Virus record (IMG/VR): IMGVR_UViG_3300028283_000231
Reading direction: 5' to 3' (one strand)
DNA: 64,000 bases
From: a virus
Lineage: Duplodnaviria > Caudoviricetes
Each line of letters opens with the position of its first letter. The first letter of the stretch is position 1. This document shows, in pieces, positions 1 through 10,754 of this stretch. Under the pieces are notes generated by a model. That model saw nothing but the letters and a program-made list of their open reading frames with translations. It had not been told where the DNA came from and made no database searches. The translations under genes and the position numbers were made by a program.

Positions 1-308
1 CCAAAATATTCGATGATATGATTAGAAATTATAGTAATATATGGAAAATTGAAAAATTGAGTTCTTTGGCATCTAAAGAATTTCCAAATAATTTTTTTGA
101 TTTCATATATATTGACGCCAATCACGATTACGATTCTGTTAAACAGGATATTATAAATTGGATCGATAAAATTAAAATTGATGGATATGTTGGTGGACAT
201 GACTATCACCAAGGATCTGGTGGAGTATATGAAGCAACGCAAGAATTATTTAAAGATAAAGATTTGAAAATATATCCAGATTCTAGTTGGATATTAAAAA
301 TAAATTAA
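1..308 (+). CDS. Class I SAM methyltransferase (Methyltransf_24-like), 5'-partial
   Basis: FDFIYIDANHDY...GGHDY motif. The frame is open from the window start (aaa ata ttc gat gat atg). Confidence 0.75.
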   Translation, partial: KIFDDMIRNYSNIWKIEKLSSLASKEFPNNFFDFIYIDANHDYDSVKQDIINWIDKIKIDGYVGGHDYHQGSGGVYEATQELFKDKDLKIYPDSSWILKIN

Positions 309-312
309 AACG

Positions 313-1482
313 ATGTTATTAGAAATAGCTAGGAAGTACAATGTAGATAAAGCCGAATTAGGACAATCGGGAGGGCATAATTATATCCCCTTCTACGAAC
401 AAATTTTAAGAGATAAGAAAGAATCAGCTAAAAATGTATTAGAAATAGGTGTGGCTGGAGGAGCATCATTGAAAATGTGGAGAGACTATTTTGAAAATGC
501 CACTATATATGGATGGGACATTTTAGACACATCACATTTAAACGAAGACAGAATAAAAACTTTTATTATCGATCAATCCAATATAAATAGTATAAATAAT
601 TTTTTCTTTAAAAATGATATAACATTTGATTATATTATAGATGATGGTAGTCATATGCTTAAAGATCAAATGATTAGTTTATTCGAATTATTTCCAAAAT
701 TAACGAAAGGTGGGATTTATATCATAGAGGATTTGTGGCATCATAATATAGATAGTTTTTTAAAATTGGGCAAAAAGGATGAATATATTGAATTAATTGA
801 TCCTGTTATTAAAAGTTTTGCGACAGAGGATAAAATAAAATTTTTACTGGATAATCTTATTTGTTGCCAAAAAAATAACGTCATTTTTTCTTCAGCTATA
901 GATAAAACAGATCATCATTTTTATACTTTCTATAAAAAAATAATATGTAATGTGGGTCTAAGATATAATATTTTTAATAAATATTTAAACGAATATTTCG
1001 TTGAAACTGGTAGTTTTAATGGTGGTGGGATATCGTGGGCTTTAGATTCTGGGTTTAAAAATGTGGTATCAATAGAACTATCTGAATTATATTATAATAA
1101 ATGCAAAGAATTATATAAAACTAAAGATAACGTTTTTTTATATTTGGGTGATAGTAGTATAATTTTAGGTGATATTATAAGGAGTATAAATACTCCAATG
1201 ACTTTCTGGTTAGATGGGCATTATTCTGGTGGTGATACAGCGATAGGTAAATATAATAGTCCATTAATGCAAGAGCTGGATATAATAAAAGATCATCCTA
1301 TAAAGACTCATACAATATTGATAGATGATATGAGGTGTTGGAATGACTTACATGAATTCAATAAAAATGATATTCTCAATAAATTAGAAGAGATCAATAA
1401 AGATTATGAAATAACTTACGAAGACGGATTTATAGATAAAGACATTTTAGTGGCAAAAATAAATAATAAAAATGTTTTATAG
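313..1482 (+). CDS. Tandem two-domain SAM methyltransferase-like protein
   Basis: N-half: VLEIGVAGGASLKMW, IIDDGSH, GGIYIIEDL. C-half: FVETGS, FWLDGHYSGG, ILIDD. Confidence 0.7.
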   Translation: MLLEIARKYNVDKAELGQSGGHNYIPFYEQILRDKKESAKNVLEIGVAGGASLKMWRDYFENATIYGWDILDTSHLNEDRIKTFIIDQSNINSINNFFFKNDITFDYIIDDGSHMLKDQMISLFELFPKLTKGGIYIIEDLWHHNIDSFLKLGKKDEYIELIDPVIKSFATEDKIKFLLDNLICCQKNNVIFSSAIDKTDHHFYTFYKKIICNVGLRYNIFNKYLNEYFVETGSFNGGGISWALDSGFKNVVSIELSELYYNKCKELYKTKDNVFLYLGDSSIILGDIIRSINTPMTFWLDGHYSGGDTAIGKYNSPLMQELDIIKDHPIKTHTILIDDMRCWNDLHEFNKNDILNKLEEINKDYEITYEDGFIDKDILVAKINNKNVL

Positions 1483-2077
1483 TCAACAAAAAGAAGATGA
1501 GATACTTTATAATAAGTATTTAAATTATAAAAATGGATTTTTTATTGAAATTGGGGCGATGAATGGTATAGACTATTCAAATACAAAATTTTTCGAAGAC
1601 AATCTTGTTTGGAATGGTATTTTAATTGAACCAACTAGTCAATTTATCGAATTGGAAAAGAATAGACCAAAGTGTTTAAATTTCAATCTTGCCATTTCTG
1701 AAAAAATTGGTGAAATTGAATTTATAGGGAAAGGAGCCCTTAGTGGATGTAAAGAAAGTATGAGTGATTCGTATAAAAAATTATGGGGAATAGATGAAAA
1801 ACTATCATATAAAGTAAAATCTGTCCCTTTCCATGTTCTGACAAGTAAAATAGATATAAAAAAAGTAGATCTATTTTCAATTGATGTAGAAGGCGGAGAG
1901 ATAGAAGTTTTAAATACATTTGATTGGAGAATACCAGTTTATATTATTCTTATTGAACTAGATACACACAATCCAGATAAAGATGAAAAATGTAGAGAAA
2001 TTTTAAGAAAAAGGGGATTTGAATTCAAATTGAGAATAGGGTCTAATGATGTTTGGATAAATAGAGAGAATATATGA
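1472..2077 (+). CDS. FkbM-family methyltransferase
   Basis: GFFIEIGAMNG..SNT, GILIEP, LFSIDVEGGEIEVL. Confidence 0.85.
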   Translation: MFYSQQKEDEILYNKYLNYKNGFFIEIGAMNGIDYSNTKFFEDNLVWNGILIEPTSQFIELEKNRPKCLNFNLAISEKIGEIEFIGKGALSGCKESMSDSYKKLWGIDEKLSYKVKSVPFHVLTSKIDIKKVDLFSIDVEGGEIEVLNTFDWRIPVYIILIELDTHNPDKDEKCREILRKRGFEFKLRIGSNDVWINRENI

Positions 2078-2946
2078 AAATAATTTACGTTATATTATTG
2101 GATGAAAGTGAAAGGCATCATTGTTATTTACCAGATGTTTTAAAAACTTGGATAGTGCCATCTATTAATCAGTGCCATAGATTAAATCCAGATTGTGAAA
2201 TAGTTGTCATAACTGATACTAAAATATTCGAAAATGAATTACCGTTTGTTAAATTTTTTGAAATTGAAGATTATGTGGATGATGATATTATGTGGTTCAA
2301 AAATAATTATATTCATTTGAGCACAAATCAATATCAATTTGAAAAAAATGCCATCCTTAGATTTTTATATCTTAAAAATTTCTGTGTTAAACATAAAATA
2401 GATCATTTTCTTCATTTGGAACCAGATGTATTAGTTTTTAGTGACATTTTGGAAGATATGATTTTTTTTAAAAATTATAATATTACATTGATACATCATA
2501 TAGGCGCTGGTGTTTGTTTCTTTAATAACGCTACAAATGTTTTACTCGAATTTTTTACATATATAAAAAATTCATATACTATTCCACAGTTAAATCCAAG
2601 AGCCTTTGACATTAAATCTGAAAAGGAATTTTATGATCACAATATAAAAAATGAAATTGGAGCAGGTGGTGTATCTGATATGCATTTTTGGAATCTTTAT
2701 AATTCTTTACACGAAAATGAATCGTTTTGCGAAATGGATAGAAATATAGATAATATTTTTTATCACACCTTTTTAGTGGATCAAACAAAAGAACAAAATT
2801 GGTTAAAGGAAAATAATTTGAAAAAATTATTTCTTGAAGAAGACAAATGTTACGGTTTTCACGTTGATAAAAAAGTTAGAATTAAATATTTACACTGCCA
2901 CGGAAATAACAAATTGTTGATACCAAAAATAATAAACAATGAATGA
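2074..2946 (+). CDS. Putative GT-A glycosyltransferase
   Basis: ILRFLYL..F, HLEPDVL (DxD-like), YLHCHG C-terminal motif, glycan-cluster context. Confidence 0.45.
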   Translation: MKIIYVILLDESERHHCYLPDVLKTWIVPSINQCHRLNPDCEIVVITDTKIFENELPFVKFFEIEDYVDDDIMWFKNNYIHLSTNQYQFEKNAILRFLYLKNFCVKHKIDHFLHLEPDVLVFSDILEDMIFFKNYNITLIHHIGAGVCFFNNATNVLLEFFTYIKNSYTIPQLNPRAFDIKSEKEFYDHNIKNEIGAGGVSDMHFWNLYNSLHENESFCEMDRNIDNIFYHTFLVDQTKEQNWLKENNLKKLFLEEDKCYGFHVDKKVRIKYLHCHGNNKLLIPKIINNE

Positions 2947-3860
2947 TATACAATTTAAAAAATGTTTACCTAAGTAGAAATGGATCTATATTAGATGAAG
3001 ATTTCAATCTGATAGAAGATGCGTCAGAATTGTTCATCAAATGGGATTCTTTTGGTTATGAAAATAATATACCACTTAAAGATTATACTGAAAATAAAAT
3101 AAAGAGCGGTAACTTAAAAAAATTAGATAATAAACAATATATTTATGCTTATCCGTATCATAACATATACGTATATGGCCATTTATGGGATTCTTTTAGA
3201 CAAATAAAAGAGATTGAGGAAAATAATATAAAAGGTAGTCTTTTATTGGGGATTGAATCGCGACATATAACTAATCTATATCATCATCTGGATATATTCG
3301 GATATGATAGGTCGAAGACCTTAAGTTGTGATTGTATGAATTATGTTTATTTTGTTCCAAATTTAATAGTGCCTGTTGATGGAGTCTACATGTCAAGATT
3401 GAATAAAGACGAATTTGAATGGCTAAGAAATAGATATTTTTATAAAAATAAATTAATGAATGTATCAAAGATTAACAACGATGATAAATTTAAATTGTAT
3501 TTATCAAGAGGATCTTCAAATTCAGATTATAGAAGTGTTATAAATGATAATGAGGTGTCTGACTTTTTATTAAAGAATGGATATATAAAAATAACAGGGA
3601 ACGAATCTTTAGAAGAACATATATACTATTTTTCTAATGCCACACATATCATTGGCTATCACGGTGCAATATTTAAAAATTGTATATTTTGCTGTAAACA
3701 ACCAATAATACATGAATTCTGTTCAAAAAATTGTGAAAAATGTTTTTTAAATGTTAGTGATACATGTGAAATAACAAAAAATCATCAGCAGATCAAAATA
3801 GATTCCGATGATAGATATAATACTACAATAGATATTGAAATAATAAAAAATATAATATGA
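2943..3860 (+). CDS. GT61 / DUF563-like glycosyltransferase
   Basis: YGHL.D, KLYLSRG...RSVIN..EV, FSNATHIIGYHGA. Confidence 0.7.
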   Translation: MIYNLKNVYLSRNGSILDEDFNLIEDASELFIKWDSFGYENNIPLKDYTENKIKSGNLKKLDNKQYIYAYPYHNIYVYGHLWDSFRQIKEIEENNIKGSLLLGIESRHITNLYHHLDIFGYDRSKTLSCDCMNYVYFVPNLIVPVDGVYMSRLNKDEFEWLRNRYFYKNKLMNVSKINNDDKFKLYLSRGSSNSDYRSVINDNEVSDFLLKNGYIKITGNESLEEHIYYFSNATHIIGYHGAIFKNCIFCCKQPIIHEFCSKNCEKCFLNVSDTCEITKNHQQIKIDSDDRYNTTIDIEIIKNII

Positions 3861-4627
3861 AAAAAATATCATTTATTCCAAATATGGGCGCCAGATTTGG
3901 TCATCAGTTCGTAGAATGGTTATATGGATATATCTATTGTAGAAATAATAATTATATATTCTATCATCATGAATTTATCGGTAAATCTCCAAAATTTGAT
4001 AATTTTTTAAATTTATCTCACGGTGAGAGAAATTTTAATTCCTACGGTGAAAAAATCATAACAATGAAAGATATGTCAATAGAGGAATATTTGTCTTCAA
4101 ATTGCATGGAACTATATCTTTATGATTATTATAATGATGATTCAAGAGTTTATGCTACAAACGATATGATGATAGAAGATGATATTAGAAATATATTAAG
4201 AAATAAATATTTCTCAAATCATAATAAAATTAATTATGATAATACTATATCAGTGCATATTAGAAGAGATGACGTTTTTAAAGATAGTCCTTATTGGGCC
4301 AGTAGATATATACCAATAGAATATTTTATTAATATTCTAAACGACTTGCATGATGAGTATCCATCATTTGATGTGAGAATTTTTTCGAGTAATGTAGACG
4401 AATCTTTTAAAGATATAAAAAATATTAAATATGAAAATATATATTATCACATAGATGACAGTATAGAGAACACATTAAATTATTTGATAAAATCTAAAAT
4501 ATTAATAACCAGTAACAGCGGTATATCTTTTATACCAACTTTATTATCGAAAGTGGATAACATTAAAATATGTCAGGATAATTTCTGGCTTAAATGGCCA
4601 AAAGAATGCATTATAAAAAATACTTAA
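3857..4627 (+). CDS. GT11-like (alpha-1,2-fucosyltransferase-like) glycosyltransferase
   Basis: GARFGHQF at the N-terminus, SVHIRRDD, ILITSNSGISF. Confidence 0.6.
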   Translation: MKKISFIPNMGARFGHQFVEWLYGYIYCRNNNYIFYHHEFIGKSPKFDNFLNLSHGERNFNSYGEKIITMKDMSIEEYLSSNCMELYLYDYYNDDSRVYATNDMMIEDDIRNILRNKYFSNHNKINYDNTISVHIRRDDVFKDSPYWASRYIPIEYFINILNDLHDEYPSFDVRIFSSNVDESFKDIKNIKYENIYYHIDDSIENTLNYLIKSKILITSNSGISFIPTLLSKVDNIKICQDNFWLKWPKECIIKNT

Positions 4628-4632
4628 ATTGA

Positions 4633-7600
4633 ATGAAAAAATTACAAAGGAAAATAATAGATGATACTGAACATCTTAGACCATTACCAAAATATCCTAC
4701 TTATCCACCATATCATGTTGGATATTACATAGAAGATTATTTTTTCAACTATTATTTGAAAAATAATGTGGAGACAGATAGAATTTATCTACCAATTTTC
4801 TGGACCAGTTGTTATAACAATACTTGGTATGATAATAATATAGTTATGCCAGATATACAATCTTTTTTAAATACGCTAGATCCAAATTTAAAATATTTTA
4901 CTGTTTGTCAACACGAACGCGCGCCTCAAGAAAAATTACCAAATAACACTTTAATTTTTTCTTCCAGTGGTAAAATTCACGCTGATAATAAAAGTAATAA
5001 TCATGTTCCTATTCCACTTGTTTGTTCACCTATAAAAAACATAAAATTGAACAAAAAAAGAGATATTTTTTGTTCTTTTATTGGGGCAAATACACATAAG
5101 ATAAGAAAGGATATGTTCAACGCATTAAAAAGTGAAGACAGATATTATCTATCTTTAAATGAATGGAATATTGACACACCAAAACCAAAAGAAGATGAAT
5201 TCAAAAATATTACAGAGAGATCTGTTTTCGCCTTATCACCAAGAGGAGATGGACCTACTAGTTTCAGAACTTATGAGGCTATGCAGTTAGGAGCAATACC
5301 CGTTTATATTTATGATTATAAATGGATACCATATGAAAATAAAATAAATTGGAATGATTTATGTATTTTTATACATGAAAACGAAATACCTCATTTGAAA
5401 GATATTTTAGAACATATACCCGAAGATAAAATAGAAAAAATGAGATTAGAAATTAAAAGGGTATATAACGATTTTTTCACATTGCAATCAGTGTCTAAAA
5501 ATATAATATCACATTTAAAGGAAGAAAAAATGAGATTGATCACATTTTATACAGAATCACATAAAGAACTCATAGAAAATTATTTTTTACCAACGATTGA
5601 AAAATTCAACGAATTTGATGTTAAAATAGAAAATTTCGATCAGAACTGTGAAGGTTATTACAGATGTGATGGTTGGGGTGATGCCATGTTAAATAAAGTA
5701 AATCTAATTATTAGAACTATAAAAGAAACATGGGGAGATTATTTTGTTTATTCTGATTGTGATATTATGTTTTTTGATAAAATAAAAGATCAATTATTGA
5801 AATCAATAAGAAATCATGATATATCATTTCAACACGATGGTAATAGTGTGTGTGCTGGATTTTTTATATGTAAATCAAATGAAAACACTTTAAAATTGTG
5901 GGAAACTGTGAAAGAAAATACATATAAATTTAATGACGATCAATTAACTTTAAATCAATATCTTGATATTATAAATTATAATAGACTACCAATATCGTTT
6001 TTTACTATTGGTAATGTTAACGGATTTAAGAGATGGGATGGAGAGAAAAGTTACTCCATACCAAAAAATATAGTTATGTTTCATGCCAATTGGACGATTG
6101 GAGTTAATAGAAAAATTGAACTTTTTAATTATATCATAGACAATATGAAACATAAAATTGATCTTTCGGACATGAAGATTGAATATTTCAATAAAAAAAC
6201 AGTACACAATTTTAATAATGGGAAAGTACTTATTGGCGATTTGGTTGATGGAAATATCACTAATCCAATATATTTGAACATTAATATAATTAGTGATATT
6301 GTTTTTAATGAGAAAGGTATTAATGTATTTTATAATTACTACGATGTAAAAAACAAAGATAGGAAAAAAGAGTTAAAATATTGTTTGGATATGTTATTAT
6401 CAAATAAAAAAATAAGTAACCTTTATATACTATGTAGTAATAAATTAGACATTGAACAAAATAACGTGACAAAAATAGATTTCAATTTTGAGCAACCATC
6501 GTTTAAAGATTATTTTAATATTATCAATTTTTATTCAAGTGATGAGAGTATTAATATTCTTTTGAATTCTGACTGTTTTGTTGATGAAAAGAATATAGAT
6601 TTAATATCAAAAAATATAAAAGAAAATGAAGTTTATTGTTTATCCAGATGGGATATAGTTTCGAATAAAGATTTTAAAAGTACTCATTATGATATAGAGT
6701 GTAGTCAAGACGCTTGGATTAAAATAGGTAAATTTTCTAATCGTATAGAGGGTAATTATAAAATGGGTGTACCAGGTTGTGATAACGCGATTGCCTACGA
6801 ATTTCAAAAAATTGGATATAAAATATCTAATCCTTCCAAAGATATTAAAATATACCATTACCATTTATCTGATGTTAGAACATATGGAGTATCACATGAT
6901 GATAAAGAAAGTCATAGAATTCGAAGACCTTATGTATTCGTTCAAAGTTCGAAACTCGATGAAAATACAATAACAAAAAAAATAATATCTGATGATGTAA
7001 CTGAGAAAAAAGAAAATTTCAACTCATCTACTTTGAATAAATTCGTTGATAATGTTTATCTTATAAATCTTAAAAGAAGAGATGATAGATTAAACCATAT
7101 GATAAATGAATTTGATAAAATAAATGTTTCTTTTAAAAGGTTCAACGCAATAGATGGTAAAATTATGGGTGATGGTCTTAAATCTTCTCAAGTGGCATGT
7201 TTAAGAAGTCATGTTGGAGTTATTAGAGACGCTTTAAGGATGGGATATAATAGGTTTGTTATTTTTGAAGATGACGTCATATTTTGTGACGATTTTGAAA
7301 AAAGGTTCAAGTATTATTCTGAGAATGTGCCAGACGATTGGGATATAATGTATCTTGGATGTAATTTACATAGTTCCAGCAATCCAAAATTCATTAAAAA
7401 TTTTATCTATAAAGTAGAAGAATGTTACGGGTGCTTTGCTATGATTTTAAATAATAAAAATGGATTGTTTGAAAAAATTATAGAAATAACTAAAGACGAA
7501 GAAAAACCAATAGATAATTATTATCACGAACAAATATTGAAAGAATTTAAAGCTTACGTATTTGCCCCATTTTTCGTTAAGACATTAAATACTATATCTG

Positions 7601-7935
7601 ATATAAGTGATAATAAAAACAAATTTTCTTACGAAGAGGTGGATAAATATTTTAAGAATGAAGTCGATCTTACTATATTTTCGAAAATACCTATTTTCCC
7701 TAAAACGTTTCCAACTCCACCTCCTCCTAAACCGCAAATAGACTATGTTAAAAGTAATCAAGATATATGTGAAGATTTTGTAAAAGGTAATTTACCTTTC
7801 CAAATATTCCATAATAATAGATTGATATTTGATAGTGATTCATCAGATAAAATGAACTTGAGATTCTTTAGAGATAGTTTTACACTATACGGAAGACAAT
7901 TTAACTACCAAGGCATGTTAATAAAAAGAAAATAA
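4633..7935 (+). CDS. Multidomain glycosyltransferase: GT47 exostosin-like + GT77-like + unknown domain + GT25-like
   Basis: FALSPRGDGPTSFRTYEAMQLGAIPVYI; YSDCDIMFF/DDQLTLN/FHANW; SRWD..SQDAW..GCDNAIAYE; VYLINLKRRDDR/RFNAIDG/CLRSH/IFEDD. Confidence 0.75.
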   Translation: MKKLQRKIIDDTEHLRPLPKYPTYPPYHVGYYIEDYFFNYYLKNNVETDRIYLPIFWTSCYNNTWYDNNIVMPDIQSFLNTLDPNLKYFTVCQHERAPQEKLPNNTLIFSSSGKIHADNKSNNHVPIPLVCSPIKNIKLNKKRDIFCSFIGANTHKIRKDMFNALKSEDRYYLSLNEWNIDTPKPKEDEFKNITERSVFALSPRGDGPTSFRTYEAMQLGAIPVYIYDYKWIPYENKINWNDLCIFIHENEIPHLKDILEHIPEDKIEKMRLEIKRVYNDFFTLQSVSKNIISHLKEEKMRLITFYTESHKELIENYFLPTIEKFNEFDVKIENFDQNCEGYYRCDGWGDAMLNKVNLIIRTIKETWGDYFVYSDCDIMFFDKIKDQLLKSIRNHDISFQHDGNSVCAGFFICKSNENTLKLWETVKENTYKFNDDQLTLNQYLDIINYNRLPISFFTIGNVNGFKRWDGEKSYSIPKNIVMFHANWTIGVNRKIELFNYIIDNMKHKIDLSDMKIEYFNKKTVHNFNNGKVLIGDLVDGNITNPIYLNINIISDIVFNEKGINVFYNYYDVKNKDRKKELKYCLDMLLSNKKISNLYILCSNKLDIEQNNVTKIDFNFEQPSFKDYFNIINFYSSDESINILLNSDCFVDEKNIDLISKNIKENEVYCLSRWDIVSNKDFKSTHYDIECSQDAWIKIGKFSNRIEGNYKMGVPGCDNAIAYEFQKIGYKISNPSKDIKIYHYHLSDVRTYGVSHDDKESHRIRRPYVFVQSSKLDENTITKKIISDDVTEKKENFNSSTLNKFVDNVYLINLKRRDDRLNHMINEFDKINVSFKRFNAIDGKIMGDGLKSSQVACLRSHVGVIRDALRMGYNRFVIFEDDVIFCDDFEKRFKYYSENVPDDWDIMYLGCNLHSSSNPKFIKNFIYKVEECYGCFAMILNNKNGLFEKIIEITKDEEKPIDNYYHEQILKEFKAYVFAPFFVKTLNTISDISDNKNKFSYEEVDKYFKNEVDLTIFSKIPIFPKTFPTPPPPKPQIDYVKSNQDICEDFVKGNLPFQIFHNNRLIFDSDSSDKMNLRFFRDSFTLYGRQFNYQGMLIKRK

Positions 7936-7939
7936 AATT

Positions 7940-8608
7940 ATGTTAAGTATAGTTACAGGTACATTAGATAGACTTGATTTACTCAAAGAAGTCATAAAGA
8001 ATACAGTAGATAGATCTGATAAAATAGAACTAGTTCTATTAGACGGTGGTTCAACTGACGGTACAATAGAATATGTTAAAAGTCTAGACAACGAAAGAAT
8101 AAATTTAATTGAAATAGGTGGAAGATCTACTTACCCGAGTTTTATGAACACTGGTATAAGAGCAGCAAAGTACGAATGGATAGTCCAATGGAACGATGAT
8201 GTACTTCTGATAAACGAATGGGACGATGTTATTAATATGTTAAACGACGGCAACGATGTTTATATATTCGACTGGAACAGAGGTACACTAGAAGAATACA
8301 CCAATAAAACGCATGAAAACCAATGGATATGTTTTCACGACTGTATGAATTTTGGTATTTACAGGAAAGAAATATTCAGAAAAATAGGTATGTATGATAG
8401 CCAATTTAAATATTACGAATGTGATCACGATATGGCAACACGTTGTTTATCATTTGGTTATAAAGTAGTTAACGCTCATAATATAAAGGTTATGGAAGTT
8501 AGAACAGAGAAAAGATGTATAGAATACGGTGGTGATAGATCTATATGGTTCAAGAATAGAGAGTTATATCACGCTGGTATAATACCAAATACAATTGAGA
8601 AATTATGA
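7940..8608 (+). CDS. GT2 family glycosyltransferase
   Basis: LSIVTGT, LLDGGSTDGT, WNDDV, YECDHDMATR. Confidence 0.8.
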   Translation: MLSIVTGTLDRLDLLKEVIKNTVDRSDKIELVLLDGGSTDGTIEYVKSLDNERINLIEIGGRSTYPSFMNTGIRAAKYEWIVQWNDDVLLINEWDDVINMLNDGNDVYIFDWNRGTLEEYTNKTHENQWICFHDCMNFGIYRKEIFRKIGMYDSQFKYYECDHDMATRCLSFGYKVVNAHNIKVMEVRTEKRCIEYGGDRSIWFKNRELYHAGIIPNTIEKL

Positions 8609-9285
8609 AGAAGGTTATAAGTTTTAGTATATATGGATCAGATCCTAAATACACAATTGGGTTATTAAGGAATTTAGAATTATCCAGTAAGATATATCCT
8701 GGTTGGGTAGTTTACGTTTATTATAATAGTACTGTTTCAGATTTTATGATTGAAGAATATAAGAAATTTAATAACGTTGAGTTAATAAATATGGACGGGA
8801 ATGATTTACCTGGAATGTTTTGGAGATTCACACCAAAGGAGGGAGTAGAGAGATTCATAAGTAGAGATGTTGATAGTAGATTATCTATAAGGGAAAAATT
8901 AGCTGTTGATGATTGGATAATTTCAAATAAAACTTTACATATTTTGAGAGATCACCCTCATCACGAACACGAGGTAAATGGAGGTATGTTTGGACTTGTT
9001 ATAAATGAAAAATTTGATATGTTGAGTGAAATCAATAAATGGTTAGAAGGTAAGCATTTAGATTTATTTAATAAATTTGGAGATCTAGATTTTTTAGATA
9101 ATGTTATGTTTGTTGAATTAAAAGACGACTTAATAGCTCACGATTCCGTGTGGAGAAGTAGAGTTGGTTCTGTTCCTTTTCCAACACCTATGGAAGATTA
9201 TAAATTTGTTGGTGAAATTTACGACGAGAACGAAAACAGGTATCATCAATATCAAGAATGGGTAAATAGAAAGGAAGTTAGATGA
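8605..9285 (+). CDS. Conserved glycan-cluster protein, putative GT-A fold
   Basis: VISFSIYG, YPGW, GMFWRF, ISRDVDSR, HILRDHPHH, GGMFG. Confidence 0.5.
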   Translation: MKKVISFSIYGSDPKYTIGLLRNLELSSKIYPGWVVYVYYNSTVSDFMIEEYKKFNNVELINMDGNDLPGMFWRFTPKEGVERFISRDVDSRLSIREKLAVDDWIISNKTLHILRDHPHHEHEVNGGMFGLVINEKFDMLSEINKWLEGKHLDLFNKFGDLDFLDNVMFVELKDDLIAHDSVWRSRVGSVPFPTPMEDYKFVGEIYDENENRYHQYQEWVNRKEVR

Positions 9286-10754
9286 AAGATAATATAGCGA
9301 TTGGCATAATGACTTCTATAAATCTTAAACAACGTTTTATGGCTTGTAAAAACACTTGGACCAAAGATTTCGATAACGTTTTCTTTTTTGGTGGAGATAA
9401 ACAAGACGATAATCTAATAAGATTGGAAGGAATAGGAGAAGATTATAGTAGTGCCTTTATGAAACAACAATTAGGCATGAAACGTATGTTCGAAGCTAGT
9501 CCGGAATTTGATTGGTACTGTATGATAGGTTGTGATCATATAATATTCAAAGATAGTCTTTTAGAGTCCTTGAAAAATTTTGATAGAAATGAAGATATAA
9601 TAATAAGTCAAGTGCGTGATAAAATCATCATAGATAATATTGAGACTGTAATATTTTCAGGAGGAGCTAGCTTTTTCATGAGTAATTCTTTAATGAAAAA
9701 AATATATCCAAAAATAGATGAGTTTAATGTTCATTGGGGGAATATAACTAACCCTACAACTTATTTTTCAAATGTTTCTTACGACTGGGCTGATATAGCT
9801 ATAGCCTATATAGTGAAAAAATATACTAATATAGACGCTACTAATGTGTTAGGTATGTATTCACAAAATCCGTCATTCTACGATGAGTATAACATTCAAG
9901 AAGGTATAAAATACGGAGGGTTAAAACAAGATAATGTTAGTCATCTTAAAAATCCAATTTCATTTCATTATATAAGACCAGATGAAATGAAATCAGTTTA
10001 CGAAAAATTTAGAAAGAAAAAGTACTTATTTTATCACATATATCTCTACGATAAAATAAACGATATAGTGGGTGATCAATTAAAGAAATTAAAAAATAGT
10101 GGATTATTAGATATATCTGAATTGCATGTTACTATAATGGATAATTATGATGGATCTTATAAAATAGATGACGCTAATATGGAAATTATAAATAAATACG
10201 CTACGGAAATATATTACGATAATAGTAACACTTTTGAATTATTCACTCTTCAAAAACTTCATCAACACGCTTTAACACACTGCGGTAATTATCTTTATTT
10301 TCACACAAAGGGATGTACAAGAGTTAACGACACTAATGTTGAAAATTTCGCCTTTGGTCCTTATGTTGGTAATTATTCTTACAAGAACGTAGAAAATTGG
10401 AGAAATATAATGGAACATTTTACAATAGAACATTGGTTGGAATGTGTGGAGTATCTTAATAATGGTAGTGATTTAGCTGGTTGTAATTATAACAGTAAAT
10501 GGAGTCCTCAACATTACTCTGGTAATTTTTGGTGGGCAAGTTCAGATTTTTTAAAAAAATTACCAGATCCTTTTTCTTTTGGAGTAGATAGAATGAACGC
10601 TGAAATGTGGATAGGTAGAATTAAACATAAAGCTACATGTTTATATCCCTTACCAATTAAAGAAGATGAACATAATAGATTTGTTGTATATACCGACCCA
10701 GAAGATTACTTAAACAAGATCGATATAAAAGAATATTATAATTATGATAAATAA
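9282..10754 (+). CDS. GT31/Fringe-like glycosyltransferase fused to a YFHxKG-GNFWW domain
   Basis: N-half: TWTKD, DWYCMIGCDH, FSGGASFFMS, ISFHY. C-half: YFHTKG...HYSGNFWWASSDFLKKLP. Confidence 0.6.
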   Translation: MKDNIAIGIMTSINLKQRFMACKNTWTKDFDNVFFFGGDKQDDNLIRLEGIGEDYSSAFMKQQLGMKRMFEASPEFDWYCMIGCDHIIFKDSLLESLKNFDRNEDIIISQVRDKIIIDNIETVIFSGGASFFMSNSLMKKIYPKIDEFNVHWGNITNPTTYFSNVSYDWADIAIAYIVKKYTNIDATNVLGMYSQNPSFYDEYNIQEGIKYGGLKQDNVSHLKNPISFHYIRPDEMKSVYEKFRKKKYLFYHIYLYDKINDIVGDQLKKLKNSGLLDISELHVTIMDNYDGSYKIDDANMEIINKYATEIYYDNSNTFELFTLQKLHQHALTHCGNYLYFHTKGCTRVNDTNVENFAFGPYVGNYSYKNVENWRNIMEHFTIEHWLECVEYLNNGSDLAGCNYNSKWSPQHYSGNFWWASSDFLKKLPDPFSFGVDRMNAEMWIGRIKHKATCLYPLPIKEDEHNRFVVYTDPEDYLNKIDIKEYYNYDK

